Shown here in pieces: positions 7,706 through 15,885 of a stretch of DNA of 20,000 bases. The position numbers and the translations under genes are program-made. Position 1 is the first letter of the stretch. Every line of letters begins with the position of its first letter. The DNA is taken from the IMG/VR virus record IMGVR_UViG_3300009998_000035, positions 56,373 to 76,372 of that record; one strand, written 5' to 3'. The notes under the pieces are model-generated. The model was not told where the DNA came from and made no database searches. It worked only from the letters and a program-made list of their open reading frames with translations. This DNA is from an uncultured virus (IMG/VR IMGVR_UViG_3300009998_000035). Lineage: Duplodnaviria > Heunggongvirae > Uroviricota > Caudoviricetes.

Positions 7706-8302
7706 ATGCGTAGAAAAACAATATTTCTTTTTAACGGCCCACCCGGCTGTGGTAAGGATGCAGCTTGTGCGGAGATTATGCGGTTAGATTCTGAAACCAT
7801 TTATGCGTACTACAAAGAATGGTTGTATGAGGAAACCGCAGGGCTTTTAGATTTTACGTTCGAAGCTTGGTCTAAAATTTGCCAAGATACTGAGCTAAAA
7901 GACACACCTATGTTTTTACAATTTGAAGGGAAAGCTGCAACACCTCGTCAAATATTGATTCACTTTGCCGAAACTTTAATAAAACCAAAGCATGGTCGTG
8001 ATTGTATTGCTGTTAAAATGGCTGAACGATTACGTGAAAAGGTCAAGGACTTGGACCATTACACAGTCGTTGTCCCAGACGTTGGTTTCCCAGAAGAACT
8101 TACCTTAATTCAGGAAAATTTTCCCGATGCTAATATTGTCTTGGTTCATATTAAACGTCCGGGCTGCAGCTATGCGAACGATTCGCGCAACTACGTAGGT
8201 GAACCAAATGTTGTGTTAGATAACAGTGGTTCTTTTGAAAGTTTTAAAAAGGCTGTGTCTGACTTATGTTTACAAGAAAACACATACCCTTTTGAGGATT
8301 AA
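7706..8302 (+). CDS. Deoxynucleoside monophosphate kinase (T4 gp1-like P-loop kinase)
   Basis: P-loop NGPPGCGKD, TPRQILI, VVPDVGFPEE (variant of DxRFxxE); ATG 7706 with SD GGAGA 7696-7700. Confidence 0.87.
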   Translation: MRRKTIFLFNGPPGCGKDAACAEIMRLDSETIYAYYKEWLYEETAGLLDFTFEAWSKICQDTELKDTPMFLQFEGKAATPRQILIHFAETLIKPKHGRDCIAVKMAERLREKVKDLDHYTVVVPDVGFPEELTLIQENFPDANIVLVHIKRPGCSYANDSRNYVGEPNVVLDNSGSFESFKKAVSDLCLQENTYPFED

Positions 8303-8399
8303 TGATGGGGGTGTAGTGCTTTTGATTTCGACATAAATTAAAAGTCAAGACTGTTTTTTGTCTACTTTTTCCTATAAATTAGAGCCTATCACAACTCTC

Positions 8400-8426
8400 A
8401 ACGGATGCACCAAGCATCCGTTTCTT
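8400..8426 (+). terminator. Terminator-like hairpin upstream of nrdA
   Basis: Perfect 9-bp inverted repeat AACGGATGC ACCAA GCATCCGTT followed by TCTT; the U-tract is short and interrupted. Confidence 0.6.
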
Positions 8427-8444
8427 CCCCTGGGTATAATTACT

Positions 8445-10481
8445 ATGTTAGAACAACATATAGATTACTCACGTGACTCTTTACTAACACAATTTGGTAA
8501 AGAGACGTTGAAGGATCGCTATCTAAAACCAAACGAAAAATCCCCTCAAGACGCATTTATGCGTACCTCTGTAGCCTTTGCATCTAATGAAGCCCATGCT
8601 TTGCGTATGTATGATTATGCAAGCAAACAATGGATTGGTTATGCTTCACCAGTGCTGTCTAATGCCCCAGTTCGTACTAAATTCTTTCAAGAATATTCTA
8701 AAAACTTCTCAAAAGACGCTTATGAATCTGTACTTGGCGCACTCCCGATCTCTTGCTTCACAGGTTTTGTGGGTGATTCACGTGAAGAAATTGGTTTCCA
8801 TTACTTAGAATCACTATGGTTGGCTTCGGGCGGTGGGGGTTACAAGGCTTACTGGGGTGATTTACGACCAGTCAATTCAACAACATCTACAGGGTCTAAG
8901 ACTGGTGGTTTAATCCCATTCTTCCATGTGATGGATGGTATGATTGTGGCAACCCACCAAGGTAACAACCGTCGTGGTGTTTATGGTGGTTGTATTCGTG
9001 ATAACCATCCTGAGATTATTGAGTTTATTGAATCTCGTAAAATGTCTGGTGATCCGAATAAACGTTCACGTAATATTTTCCAAACAGTGAATATTTCAGA
9101 TGCCTTTATGTACGCTGTTCTGGAAAATGCACAATGGGCCTTGATCGACCATGAAGGTAATACCGTTAAAACTGTGTCAGCTCGTTCCCTTTGGGAATTG
9201 ATGCTTGAATCACCTTTCGAACTGGGTTGTCCTTTCCTACATTGGATTGATACTTCTAATGATATGTTACCAAGTGTTCAAAAAGCACTGGGTTTACGTG
9301 TGAACAACGTCAATATCTGCACCGAAATTGCCCTGGCGAACGATAAATTCCGTACTGCTGTATGTTGTTTATCTTCATTGAACCATTTGAAACGCGACGA
9401 ATGGTTTGGTAATGATTTGTTTATTCGGGACTGTGTCGAGTTCTTGGATAACGTCTTAGAATACTTTATTCAAAATGCCATTTATGCTTGTACAAAAGAC
9501 TATAACTGGGATGGTTTGAAAAACATTATTCGCACAGACCTTGTCGATGCCCTTAATCCTGCTGACCCATTAGAATCTGTTTCTGCTAAAGATAAACCAA
9601 CTTTACGTGAAAGCTTAGATAAAATTTACCAAGATATTGGTCTTGATGTTGAATCTGTCGTTGAAAAAATGGCTAAAAACATCGTTGAAAAAGCAATCAT
9701 GGGTTATAAAAAAGCGGTGTACTCAGCTAAATCTGAACGCGCCATTGGTTTGGGTATGATGGGTCTTGATTCATATTTTATGGATAAAGAAATCCCTTAT
9801 GAATCTCAAGAAGCAGTAAATATCACCTATAACTCATTCAAGTGGGTGAAAGAGTCTGCAGTTAAAGCGTCAATTGATTTAGGTACAGAACGTGGTGAAG
9901 CACCAGACATGGTGGGTACAGGTCGTCGTAATAGTCATTTATTGGCTGTGGCTCCGACTGCTACAAACTCAACCATTGCAGGAGGTATTACTCCGGCACT
10001 TGAAAAACGCTTCAAAAATATTTTCCCACAGAAAACTAAGTCGGGAACGTTCGAAGTTGTTGAACCTGCATTAATTCGCGCACTAAACCGACATGGTCTC
10101 AACACACCAGAAACCATTAAGTTCATCAAAGATAATAAAGGGTCAGTTCAAAACGTTGATGGTTTGACTGAGCTTGAAAAATTATATCTTCGTACAGCGT
10201 TTGAAACAGATCAAATGTGGGTTGTTGAACATGCTGCAGCAGCACAAGAATTTGTATGTCAGGCAGTTTCAACCAACTTATTTATACGTCCGGGTACTCC
10301 ACGTCGTTATGTAAATGCTGTTCACTTCCGTATGTGGCAACGTGGTTTAAAATCTCGTTATTACATCCGTACCGAAGCGTTGAACGATGGTGATGCTTTT
10401 GCTGACGAAGCAAAAGAAGTGAATACGATTGATTATAATCGTGCAAATATCTTTGAAGAATGCCTAGCATGTGGTGGTTAA
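8445..10481 (+). CDS. nrdA: Ribonucleoside-diphosphate reductase class Ia alpha subunit, without ATP cone
   Basis: LPISCF, catalytic NICTEI, CCLSSLN, IGLGMMG, AVAPTATNS, radical-transfer YY (SRYYIRT) and C-terminal CLAC. Start at ATG 8445; the longer TTG start would run through the upstream hairpin. Confidence 0.96.
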   Translation: MLEQHIDYSRDSLLTQFGKETLKDRYLKPNEKSPQDAFMRTSVAFASNEAHALRMYDYASKQWIGYASPVLSNAPVRTKFFQEYSKNFSKDAYESVLGALPISCFTGFVGDSREEIGFHYLESLWLASGGGGYKAYWGDLRPVNSTTSTGSKTGGLIPFFHVMDGMIVATHQGNNRRGVYGGCIRDNHPEIIEFIESRKMSGDPNKRSRNIFQTVNISDAFMYAVLENAQWALIDHEGNTVKTVSARSLWELMLESPFELGCPFLHWIDTSNDMLPSVQKALGLRVNNVNICTEIALANDKFRTAVCCLSSLNHLKRDEWFGNDLFIRDCVEFLDNVLEYFIQNAIYACTKDYNWDGLKNIIRTDLVDALNPADPLESVSAKDKPTLRESLDKIYQDIGLDVESVVEKMAKNIVEKAIMGYKKAVYSAKSERAIGLGMMGLDSYFMDKEIPYESQEAVNITYNSFKWVKESAVKASIDLGTERGEAPDMVGTGRRNSHLLAVAPTATNSTIAGGITPALEKRFKNIFPQKTKSGTFEVVEPALIRALNRHGLNTPETIKFIKDNKGSVQNVDGLTELEKLYLRTAFETDQMWVVEHAAAAQEFVCQAVSTNLFIRPGTPRRYVNAVHFRMWQRGLKSRYYIRTEALNDGDAFADEAKEVNTIDYNRANIFEECLACGG

Positions 10482-10482
10482 G

Positions 10483-11538
10483 ATGACGAATAATATTCCT
10501 TTTGAAAAACTTAAACTGACAGATCCTCGTAGTTATTATCGTGATTTTAAATACCCTTGGGCTTATACGTTTGCCGAAGAACACCGTCGTATGAACTGGA
10601 CACGTGAAGAAGTTCGAACCCTTCACGAAGACGTTGCCGACTGGAAATCAATGACAGAAGAAGAACGTGCACCACGCCAGTTTCTCTTGAACTATTTTGT
10701 TCAAGCAGACGTGGATGTTGCAGGTTCATATTTCGACAATTTAGGCCGTTGGTATCGTCAACCAGAGCTACGCATGGCCTTGGCACGTATCATGGATCGT
10801 GAAGCAACACACGTAGACAACTATGATATGCTTCCTGACCAATTTGGTATTCCACTTTCAGATTATTCTGAAATGTTGGAGATTGATGAGGTTGCAGATC
10901 AACATGACTTTATGATTGCACCAGTGGTTGGTGATGATCTTCGTTCACGTTTAATCACTCTTACTCGCCACATTTGTGGTGAAGGGATTGGTTTATACGG
11001 TTTGTTCTTGATGCTTTTGAATGACCAACGTTTTGGTAAAATGAAATCTCTAGGTCAAGAAATCGTATCTTGGTCTAGTCGTGATGAAAATCACCATGTT
11101 TGGTTCTTGACCAAATTATTTAACACTGAGCTTGAGGAAAACCCAGAGGGGGTTACTCAAGGTGATTTTATTGCTGAACTCAAAGCCGATGTTGTAGCAA
11201 TGTTCAAGAACTCGGTGCAACGTGGTGTGAACTATGCTAAGGCTGTGTTTGCTAAAGGGCCTTTACCAGATCTGAGTGTTGAACAGATTGAAGTGTTTTT
11301 AAAACAATTAGCGAATGCGCGTATTAAAAAATTAAACCTTGGTATTGATTTCATTTACGATGACGTACCTATATTCGTTGAATTGGATTGGGCGAGCATG
11401 TTATTTGGAGGTTCATTGGATAACTTCTTTGAAACTGCAGGAACAAATTACCAGATTGGTGCTTTAACTGGTGAATGGGAATATCCACCAGTAGGGTTTA
11501 TGAAAGATAGTGATGCTGCTAAAGCTTTAATGGATTAA
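10483..11538 (+). CDS. nrdB: Ribonucleoside-diphosphate reductase class Ia beta subunit
   Basis: Metal ligands and radical Tyr: FVQAD, EATHVDNY, GEG, RDENHH; C-terminal NFFE....NY. ATG 10483 lies one base after the nrdA stop. Confidence 0.96.
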   Translation: MTNNIPFEKLKLTDPRSYYRDFKYPWAYTFAEEHRRMNWTREEVRTLHEDVADWKSMTEEERAPRQFLLNYFVQADVDVAGSYFDNLGRWYRQPELRMALARIMDREATHVDNYDMLPDQFGIPLSDYSEMLEIDEVADQHDFMIAPVVGDDLRSRLITLTRHICGEGIGLYGLFLMLLNDQRFGKMKSLGQEIVSWSSRDENHHVWFLTKLFNTELEENPEGVTQGDFIAELKADVVAMFKNSVQRGVNYAKAVFAKGPLPDLSVEQIEVFLKQLANARIKKLNLGIDFIYDDVPIFVELDWASMLFGGSLDNFFETAGTNYQIGALTGEWEYPPVGFMKDSDAAKALMD

Positions 11539-11549
11539 ATAGTAGCTGT

Positions 11550-11579
11550 AAAAAACCACCCTCCTGGGTGGTTTTTTTT
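11550..11579. terminator. Bidirectional intrinsic terminator between the convergent operons
   Basis: AAAAAACCACCC TCCT GGGTGGTTTTTTTT: GC-rich stem flanked by an A-tract and a T-tract, between the nrdB stop and the tail tip gene stop. Confidence 0.92.
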
Positions 11580-11583
11580 ATAA

Positions 11584-14500
11584 CTAAACTATTGGTGTAG
11601 GTGGTGGAGGAGGTACATAACTTGGGTCTTGAGGGATAATTTCCTCGGCCCAAGCTGAATATGTAGTACCCCATTGGTTTTGCAAACGAAGTTGCAAGTA
11701 ACTTCCAACAGGCAATGGTGTAGTAATATTGATTCGAGCAGTTGTATCTGACAATTTATTAACAACGTACTTACCAGTAAGGAATGAGAAAACACCACTA
11801 TCAGGCTCAGTCTCATAACGAAGACTAAATGGATTAGTTAATTGATTTAGGTCGGTGTTATCTTGCCAATCTGTAGCACTGACTTCCAACTCAACGTAAA
11901 CCTTACCTGTTGGTGCAGCAGTACCTGCAGAATTACGCAATGAACCAGTTATGTTCGTAATACTTGGTTGAGCATAAGTCCCAGATCTTGTTGCTGTATA
12001 GCTCCAAACGTCCGAAGACATTTTAGAACCAGAACCGTCTCGGTCATAAACCAGTTGGAAGGAATATTCCCCTTCACCGTGGTTGGGTACAGAGTAGGAA
12101 ATTGCACTAGGTTCTAATACGATATTTGTCTTAGTTTCCTTTGGTGTTGAATATGAAAAATACTTGTTTTTATACTCAAACATGTCTGAGTTTTCAGCAG
12201 ACCACGTTACTTTAATATTACCTCCATTTGGTAAGGTACTGATTAAAATAGGAACTTTAGATTGAGCGTCAGTGTATGGAACAAGATCCCGAACATATTT
12301 GGTTTGACCTGCTACCTCTTTGCTCGTATAAGGTGTGATATATAAAGACACCTTAGTTGTTTCTTTTGAGAAAGCAGGGAATAGTTCTGCGCCTAAACCA
12401 TAAATACGTTGTTTTCGTTGCTCTCCTGTATTTTCATCCACCCAAACTACATCATAATGATGTGCCGGAATATCTGCAGCAAAGTCCAACTGGTAAATTA
12501 ATTGACCGTTGTATGAAGCCCAGTCTTTGTATCTCAGTCTGACATTTTTAGGTACGCTTGGAATTTCTTCACGTACATAAATGTTATCTGAAACATCATA
12601 TTGTAGGTTCACCAGGGTTGAATCATAAACATTATCTAAGGCTTCAAACTTACTTGGTGATACACTTGACGCTTTGAACTCAAAAACCTCACCACCGGAT
12701 ACGCCTGTAGAATCGTCCTGCATGACCCCTATGACTCGGAAAATCTTCGGTTGTCCGTACACACCACCTGCTATGATAATAGGGCTATTTTCCTCTAAAT
12801 AGGGCAAATTATCAGTGTTAGTTGATGTGATTCTTAAAGTATAAGGGTCTATCGCTGTGACTTGTACTTTTTCAATTCCAAAAGGTGTATGAAACATAAC
12901 GTCATAACTATCTTGGTAGATTGGGTCACGCAAGTTAATTTCACCATCTAAATAACTCAAGATACGCGCATGATTACCCCAACCATTTTCTTTATGTGCA
13001 ATAAAGAAATGGTCGTAGATGTTCACCAAATGTCCGAGCCGTGGGATGTTAAACGTTGTGAAAATGTCTTCATCCCGATTGGTCAACAATGTATATACCG
13101 CTTGGCGAATAGCTTCCGCAGTATTAGTACAACCTATGGCTTGAAACTCAAAAGGAATCACACCATATTTATTGATTGATTCATTATCAACCACAGTGCG
13201 TCGGTCTTGTTTATAGTCATTTGCAGCGTTAAGGAACGTGACCTTGACTGTGTTGTATTTTGATTCAAGATCTGCAGAACTGTACTGAAAACTGGTTTGA
13301 CCAATCATCTCTGGAATTACAAAGAACTTCGGAGTATTTGGTTTATCCATAAATGCGTAGTACACACCATTCACTTCTCGTAAGGTTGAATGTACAGCAC
13401 CTGCTACGTAGTTGATGTATTCTTTGATCTTAGTTTGTTGCTGAACTACTTCGTTGAACGTGTAGCGTGGTAGCATTACACCTTCGGGTGTTTGTACTCG
13501 CTCATCACAATACTTAGCCAGTTGGTAGAAACTAGAATTATCAATATTAATTCTTCGTTCAATTGAGCGTAAACCCCAGTCTTGGTTCATGATTAATTCA
13601 CGAAGTACCCAAAAAGGGTTGTTGGTCCATCCTTTTTTATATGATCCATCCCAAACACCATCGTAAGTGTGTTCGAAAGGATTGTAGTTACTTGGGATTT
13701 CACAAATCAAACCATAGAACTCGCCAGAGAAGTCTGGAATATCATCAAAACGATCCGTGTGCTGTGCTACGATCTGACACATGGCTGTTTTACGATAGGT
13801 TTTTTCTTTATCTGTAATAAGGGTCAAAGACTCCACAGAAATGGTTTTATTTGAGTATTTCTTTTCCTTCGAAGTTAATTCTTTCGAAAGACGAGTGATT
13901 TGAATCTCCCAATCGTGCGTGGCATCTTCTTTATCGAAGATTGGGATACTTACTTCATAAACATAACCACTTGTGGTTTTACCCTCAATACGAAGTGACC
14001 CTGCATTATATTCATCTATGATCTCTGGTTTTTCAGAAAGCTGTTGCTTTGCGGCGTTCTGTTGGCTGACCTGAGCTGTTTGACTGGTTGACATACCTTG
14101 AAGGCCACCTAAACCAAAACCGCCCGTACTGGATGAGGGGATATATGTTTTGTCTAAATCGTTAGAAGAAGTGATAATTTTACTCTCAGTCAAAACCTCA
14201 TTGGCGAAATTAATTTGATCTTGTTCACTCATTTCATCAAACACTAAACCACGCTTGGTTGCTTCTTGACGTAAAGTGTCAACCGTGGCTTTTGATGAAT
14301 ATAAGGATGCCGTTGTTTCTGTTACATAACGCCAGTTTTCGTCACCCACTTTTCTATATTTAATAGATAAGATTACAGAACTGGTGCGGTTGTTTCCTTT
14401 TGAATCCCCTGCATATAGTGCTGAAACAAGTAACCGCACGTCAATTTGTTTGATCCGACCACGGTGGGTTGGAGGTGTTCTAAACGTGCGAACAACTTCA

Positions 14501-14790
14501 CCCGGTAGGCTTATACCTACAGTATCATCCATAATCGAGCTTTCACCACCCATTACATATTGGACAGGTAGATCATCAAAATAACCTTGACGAAAACTCA
14601 CACAAACATCTTGGAAATTAAACTCATCGGTCTCACTTTGGAAAGGAATACCCCCAACATAAAACGTTTTTAAACCCTCTTTCAAACCATAAATGGTTCC
14701 CTCTCCGATTGCTGCTCCAATCTCGATAATATCTTGACTAAATAAGTTATCTGCAACAACCGTTGCCGATTTTTTTGAGGAACCACCCAT
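11584..14790 (-). CDS. Tail tip / central tail fibre protein (lambda gpJ-like host specificity protein)
   Basis: MGGSSK start, IGEGTIYGL, IEGKTTS, PSNYNP...YDGVWDGSYKKGWTNNPFW, YQLAKYCDERV...PRYTFN, AIGCT...EAIR; FNIII/Ig-like C-terminal segments; last gene of the tail operon. Confidence 0.93.
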   Translation of the reverse strand: MGGSSKKSATVVADNLFSQDIIEIGAAIGEGTIYGLKEGLKTFYVGGIPFQSETDEFNFQDVCVSFRQGYFDDLPVQYVMGGESSIMDDTVGISLPGEVVRTFRTPPTHRGRIKQIDVRLLVSALYAGDSKGNNRTSSVILSIKYRKVGDENWRYVTETTASLYSSKATVDTLRQEATKRGLVFDEMSEQDQINFANEVLTESKIITSSNDLDKTYIPSSSTGGFGLGGLQGMSTSQTAQVSQQNAAKQQLSEKPEIIDEYNAGSLRIEGKTTSGYVYEVSIPIFDKEDATHDWEIQITRLSKELTSKEKKYSNKTISVESLTLITDKEKTYRKTAMCQIVAQHTDRFDDIPDFSGEFYGLICEIPSNYNPFEHTYDGVWDGSYKKGWTNNPFWVLRELIMNQDWGLRSIERRINIDNSSFYQLAKYCDERVQTPEGVMLPRYTFNEVVQQQTKIKEYINYVAGAVHSTLREVNGVYYAFMDKPNTPKFFVIPEMIGQTSFQYSSADLESKYNTVKVTFLNAANDYKQDRRTVVDNESINKYGVIPFEFQAIGCTNTAEAIRQAVYTLLTNRDEDIFTTFNIPRLGHLVNIYDHFFIAHKENGWGNHARILSYLDGEINLRDPIYQDSYDVMFHTPFGIEKVQVTAIDPYTLRITSTNTDNLPYLEENSPIIIAGGVYGQPKIFRVIGVMQDDSTGVSGGEVFEFKASSVSPSKFEALDNVYDSTLVNLQYDVSDNIYVREEIPSVPKNVRLRYKDWASYNGQLIYQLDFAADIPAHHYDVVWVDENTGEQRKQRIYGLGAELFPAFSKETTKVSLYITPYTSKEVAGQTKYVRDLVPYTDAQSKVPILISTLPNGGNIKVTWSAENSDMFEYKNKYFSYSTPKETKTNIVLEPSAISYSVPNHGEGEYSFQLVYDRDGSGSKMSSDVWSYTATRSGTYAQPSITNITGSLRNSAGTAAPTGKVYVELEVSATDWQDNTDLNQLTNPFSLRYETEPDSGVFSFLTGKYVVNKLSDTTARINITTPLPVGSYLQLRLQNQWGTTYSAWAEEIIPQDPSYVPPPPPTPIV

Positions 14791-14791
14791 A

Positions 14792-15583
14792 TTAATACTC
14801 CATACCTGTGCGGTTTACTGCATTATCTAATTGCAAGAGTTTAGTCTCATCCCCTGCTTGGTACACACCATAAAAACGATTCAAGTTTTCCGTTGGTAAA
14901 CGATCATCTACCTTTTCTTTAAAGTAAGGAGAATCGTCTGGTCTATCCACACCATCGTACTTTCTTGAGTCCACATTGAAGCTGATTAAATGGAAGTAGA
15001 CAAGGTGAAGGCCAAAAATCATTTGGATTGGTGTACCTAACTCCGTCGTGGTCTGAGTCCCGAACTTACGTGAGCTCTTATTACCTCCGTCGTTTTCTTG
15101 TTTAGGTGCAAGTAACTGCATAATCCCAGTCAAAACTAAGGATACACCAATAGACATAGCAGCTTGAGCAGCAAAAGCACTCCAAGAAAAACTAGCTGCT
15201 GCTGCTGCACCTGTACCTGCGCCCCCCGCTGCTGCTGCTGCAGGAGCCCCTGCACCCCCAGTTACAACAACCACAGCGATAATGACGACACCAATTATAA
15301 TGTTGACTAAAGGGTTGTTACCACCTGCACCCCGGTAAACATTTACGTTAAGTTCTTGTTTATCAACAGGAATTACTTCAAATTTTTTATTTTGAAGCGT
15401 TGGGTCTAGCATAAGACTCAGATCTCGAATCTCACGAATACGAACAGGGACTGGCTCTATTTTACCTGCCAGTTCGTGTTGCGAAGCTAATAATTTTAAA
15501 GCATCCAGAGGTGTGGATGCTTGTAAGTGATAGCTTTTCTCTGGGAATAAACCACAGAGTTCATCATCAAATATAAGTTGCAT
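14792..15583 (-). CDS. Tail assembly protein I-like (N-terminal ubiquitin-like domain, hydrophobic Gly/Ala segment)
   Basis: ASTPLDALKLL, ..IP....RGAGG, IIIGVVIIAVVVVTGG, IGVSLVLTGIMQLLAP and GTPIQMIFG match the gpI layout; located between the K-like genes and J. Confidence 0.88.
   Translation of the reverse strand: MQLIFDDELCGLFPEKSYHLQASTPLDALKLLASQHELAGKIEPVPVRIREIRDLSLMLDPTLQNKKFEVIPVDKQELNVNVYRGAGGNNPLVNIIIGVVIIAVVVVTGGAGAPAAAAAGGAGTGAAAAASFSWSAFAAQAAMSIGVSLVLTGIMQLLAPKQENDGGNKSSRKFGTQTTTELGTPIQMIFGLHLVYFHLISFNVDSRKYDGVDRPDDSPYFKEKVDDRLPTENLNRFYGVYQAGDETKLLQLDNAVNRTGMEY
15195..15242. repeat. 15-bp direct repeat GCTGCTGCTGCTGCA (x2) encoding poly-Ala tracts in the gpI-like gene
   Basis: Exact copies at 15195-15209 and 15228-15242. 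Confidence 0.7.
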
Positions 15584-15585
15584 TA

Positions 15586-15885
15586 CTACTCCCGACGATA
15601 CACTACATTGTCTCTAACATAGTATTCTGCATATGAATCTTTTGAGTATATTCTATGGATATAATCAGGAAATTGTAAGAAGTTTATGTAATCTTCTACA
15701 GATAAATTTACATCGTTGTTCGGGTGACTATGCCATAGACCGATTGCTGTTTCAGGTACTTCCTCCATATTGAGCCAAATTTCCCGATCAGCCTTTGTGG
15801 CTAGGTTTTCCAAAGAGACAAGGGAACCGTCTTCGGAGATATACCCACAAAGTTCTTTCTTTGGATGCCAATTATTGTTCGACAT
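15586..15885 (-). CDS. Stand-alone JAB/MPN+ metalloprotease domain (equivalent to the N-terminal half of lambda gpK)
   Basis: ELCG plus the JAMM motif WHSHP......S..D. Confidence 0.88.
   Translation of the reverse strand: MSNNNWHPKKELCGYISEDGSLVSLENLATKADREIWLNMEEVPETAIGLWHSHPNNDVNLSVEDYINFLQFPDYIHRIYSKDSYAEYYVRDNVVYRRE

Noticed and set aside
5952..8302. Modified-base (e.g. Z-genome or hypermodified thymidine) pathway
   Set aside because: MazG-like and kinase genes occur in such clusters, but no PurZ, HD phosphohydrolase, dUMP hydroxymethylase or glycosyltransferase is visible in this window.
8358..8444. 29-aa N-terminal extension of NrdA from TTG 8358 (also the longer starts at 227, 5409, 7694 and 10471)
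   Set aside because: No SD at the upstream starts; the extensions cross terminator hairpins or upstream genes, while downstream ATGs have better SD or coupling context.
8303..8444. NrdR boxes or a complete sigma70 promoter upstream of nrdA
   Set aside because: No convincing NrdR palindrome; TATAAT at 8435 has no matching -35 or TGn extension; the minus-strand TTGACT at 8343-8348 has no -10 at 17-nt spacing.
9480..9695. Intein or intron in nrdA
   Set aside because: The frame is uninterrupted, there is no terminal His-Asn followed by Cys/Ser/Thr, no homing endonuclease motif, and the segment is too short.
15195..15260. GCT/GCA repeats as a contingency locus or CRISPR-like repeat
   Set aside because: Only two short in-frame poly-Ala tracts in a Gly/Ala linker typical of gpI proteins; no array structure.
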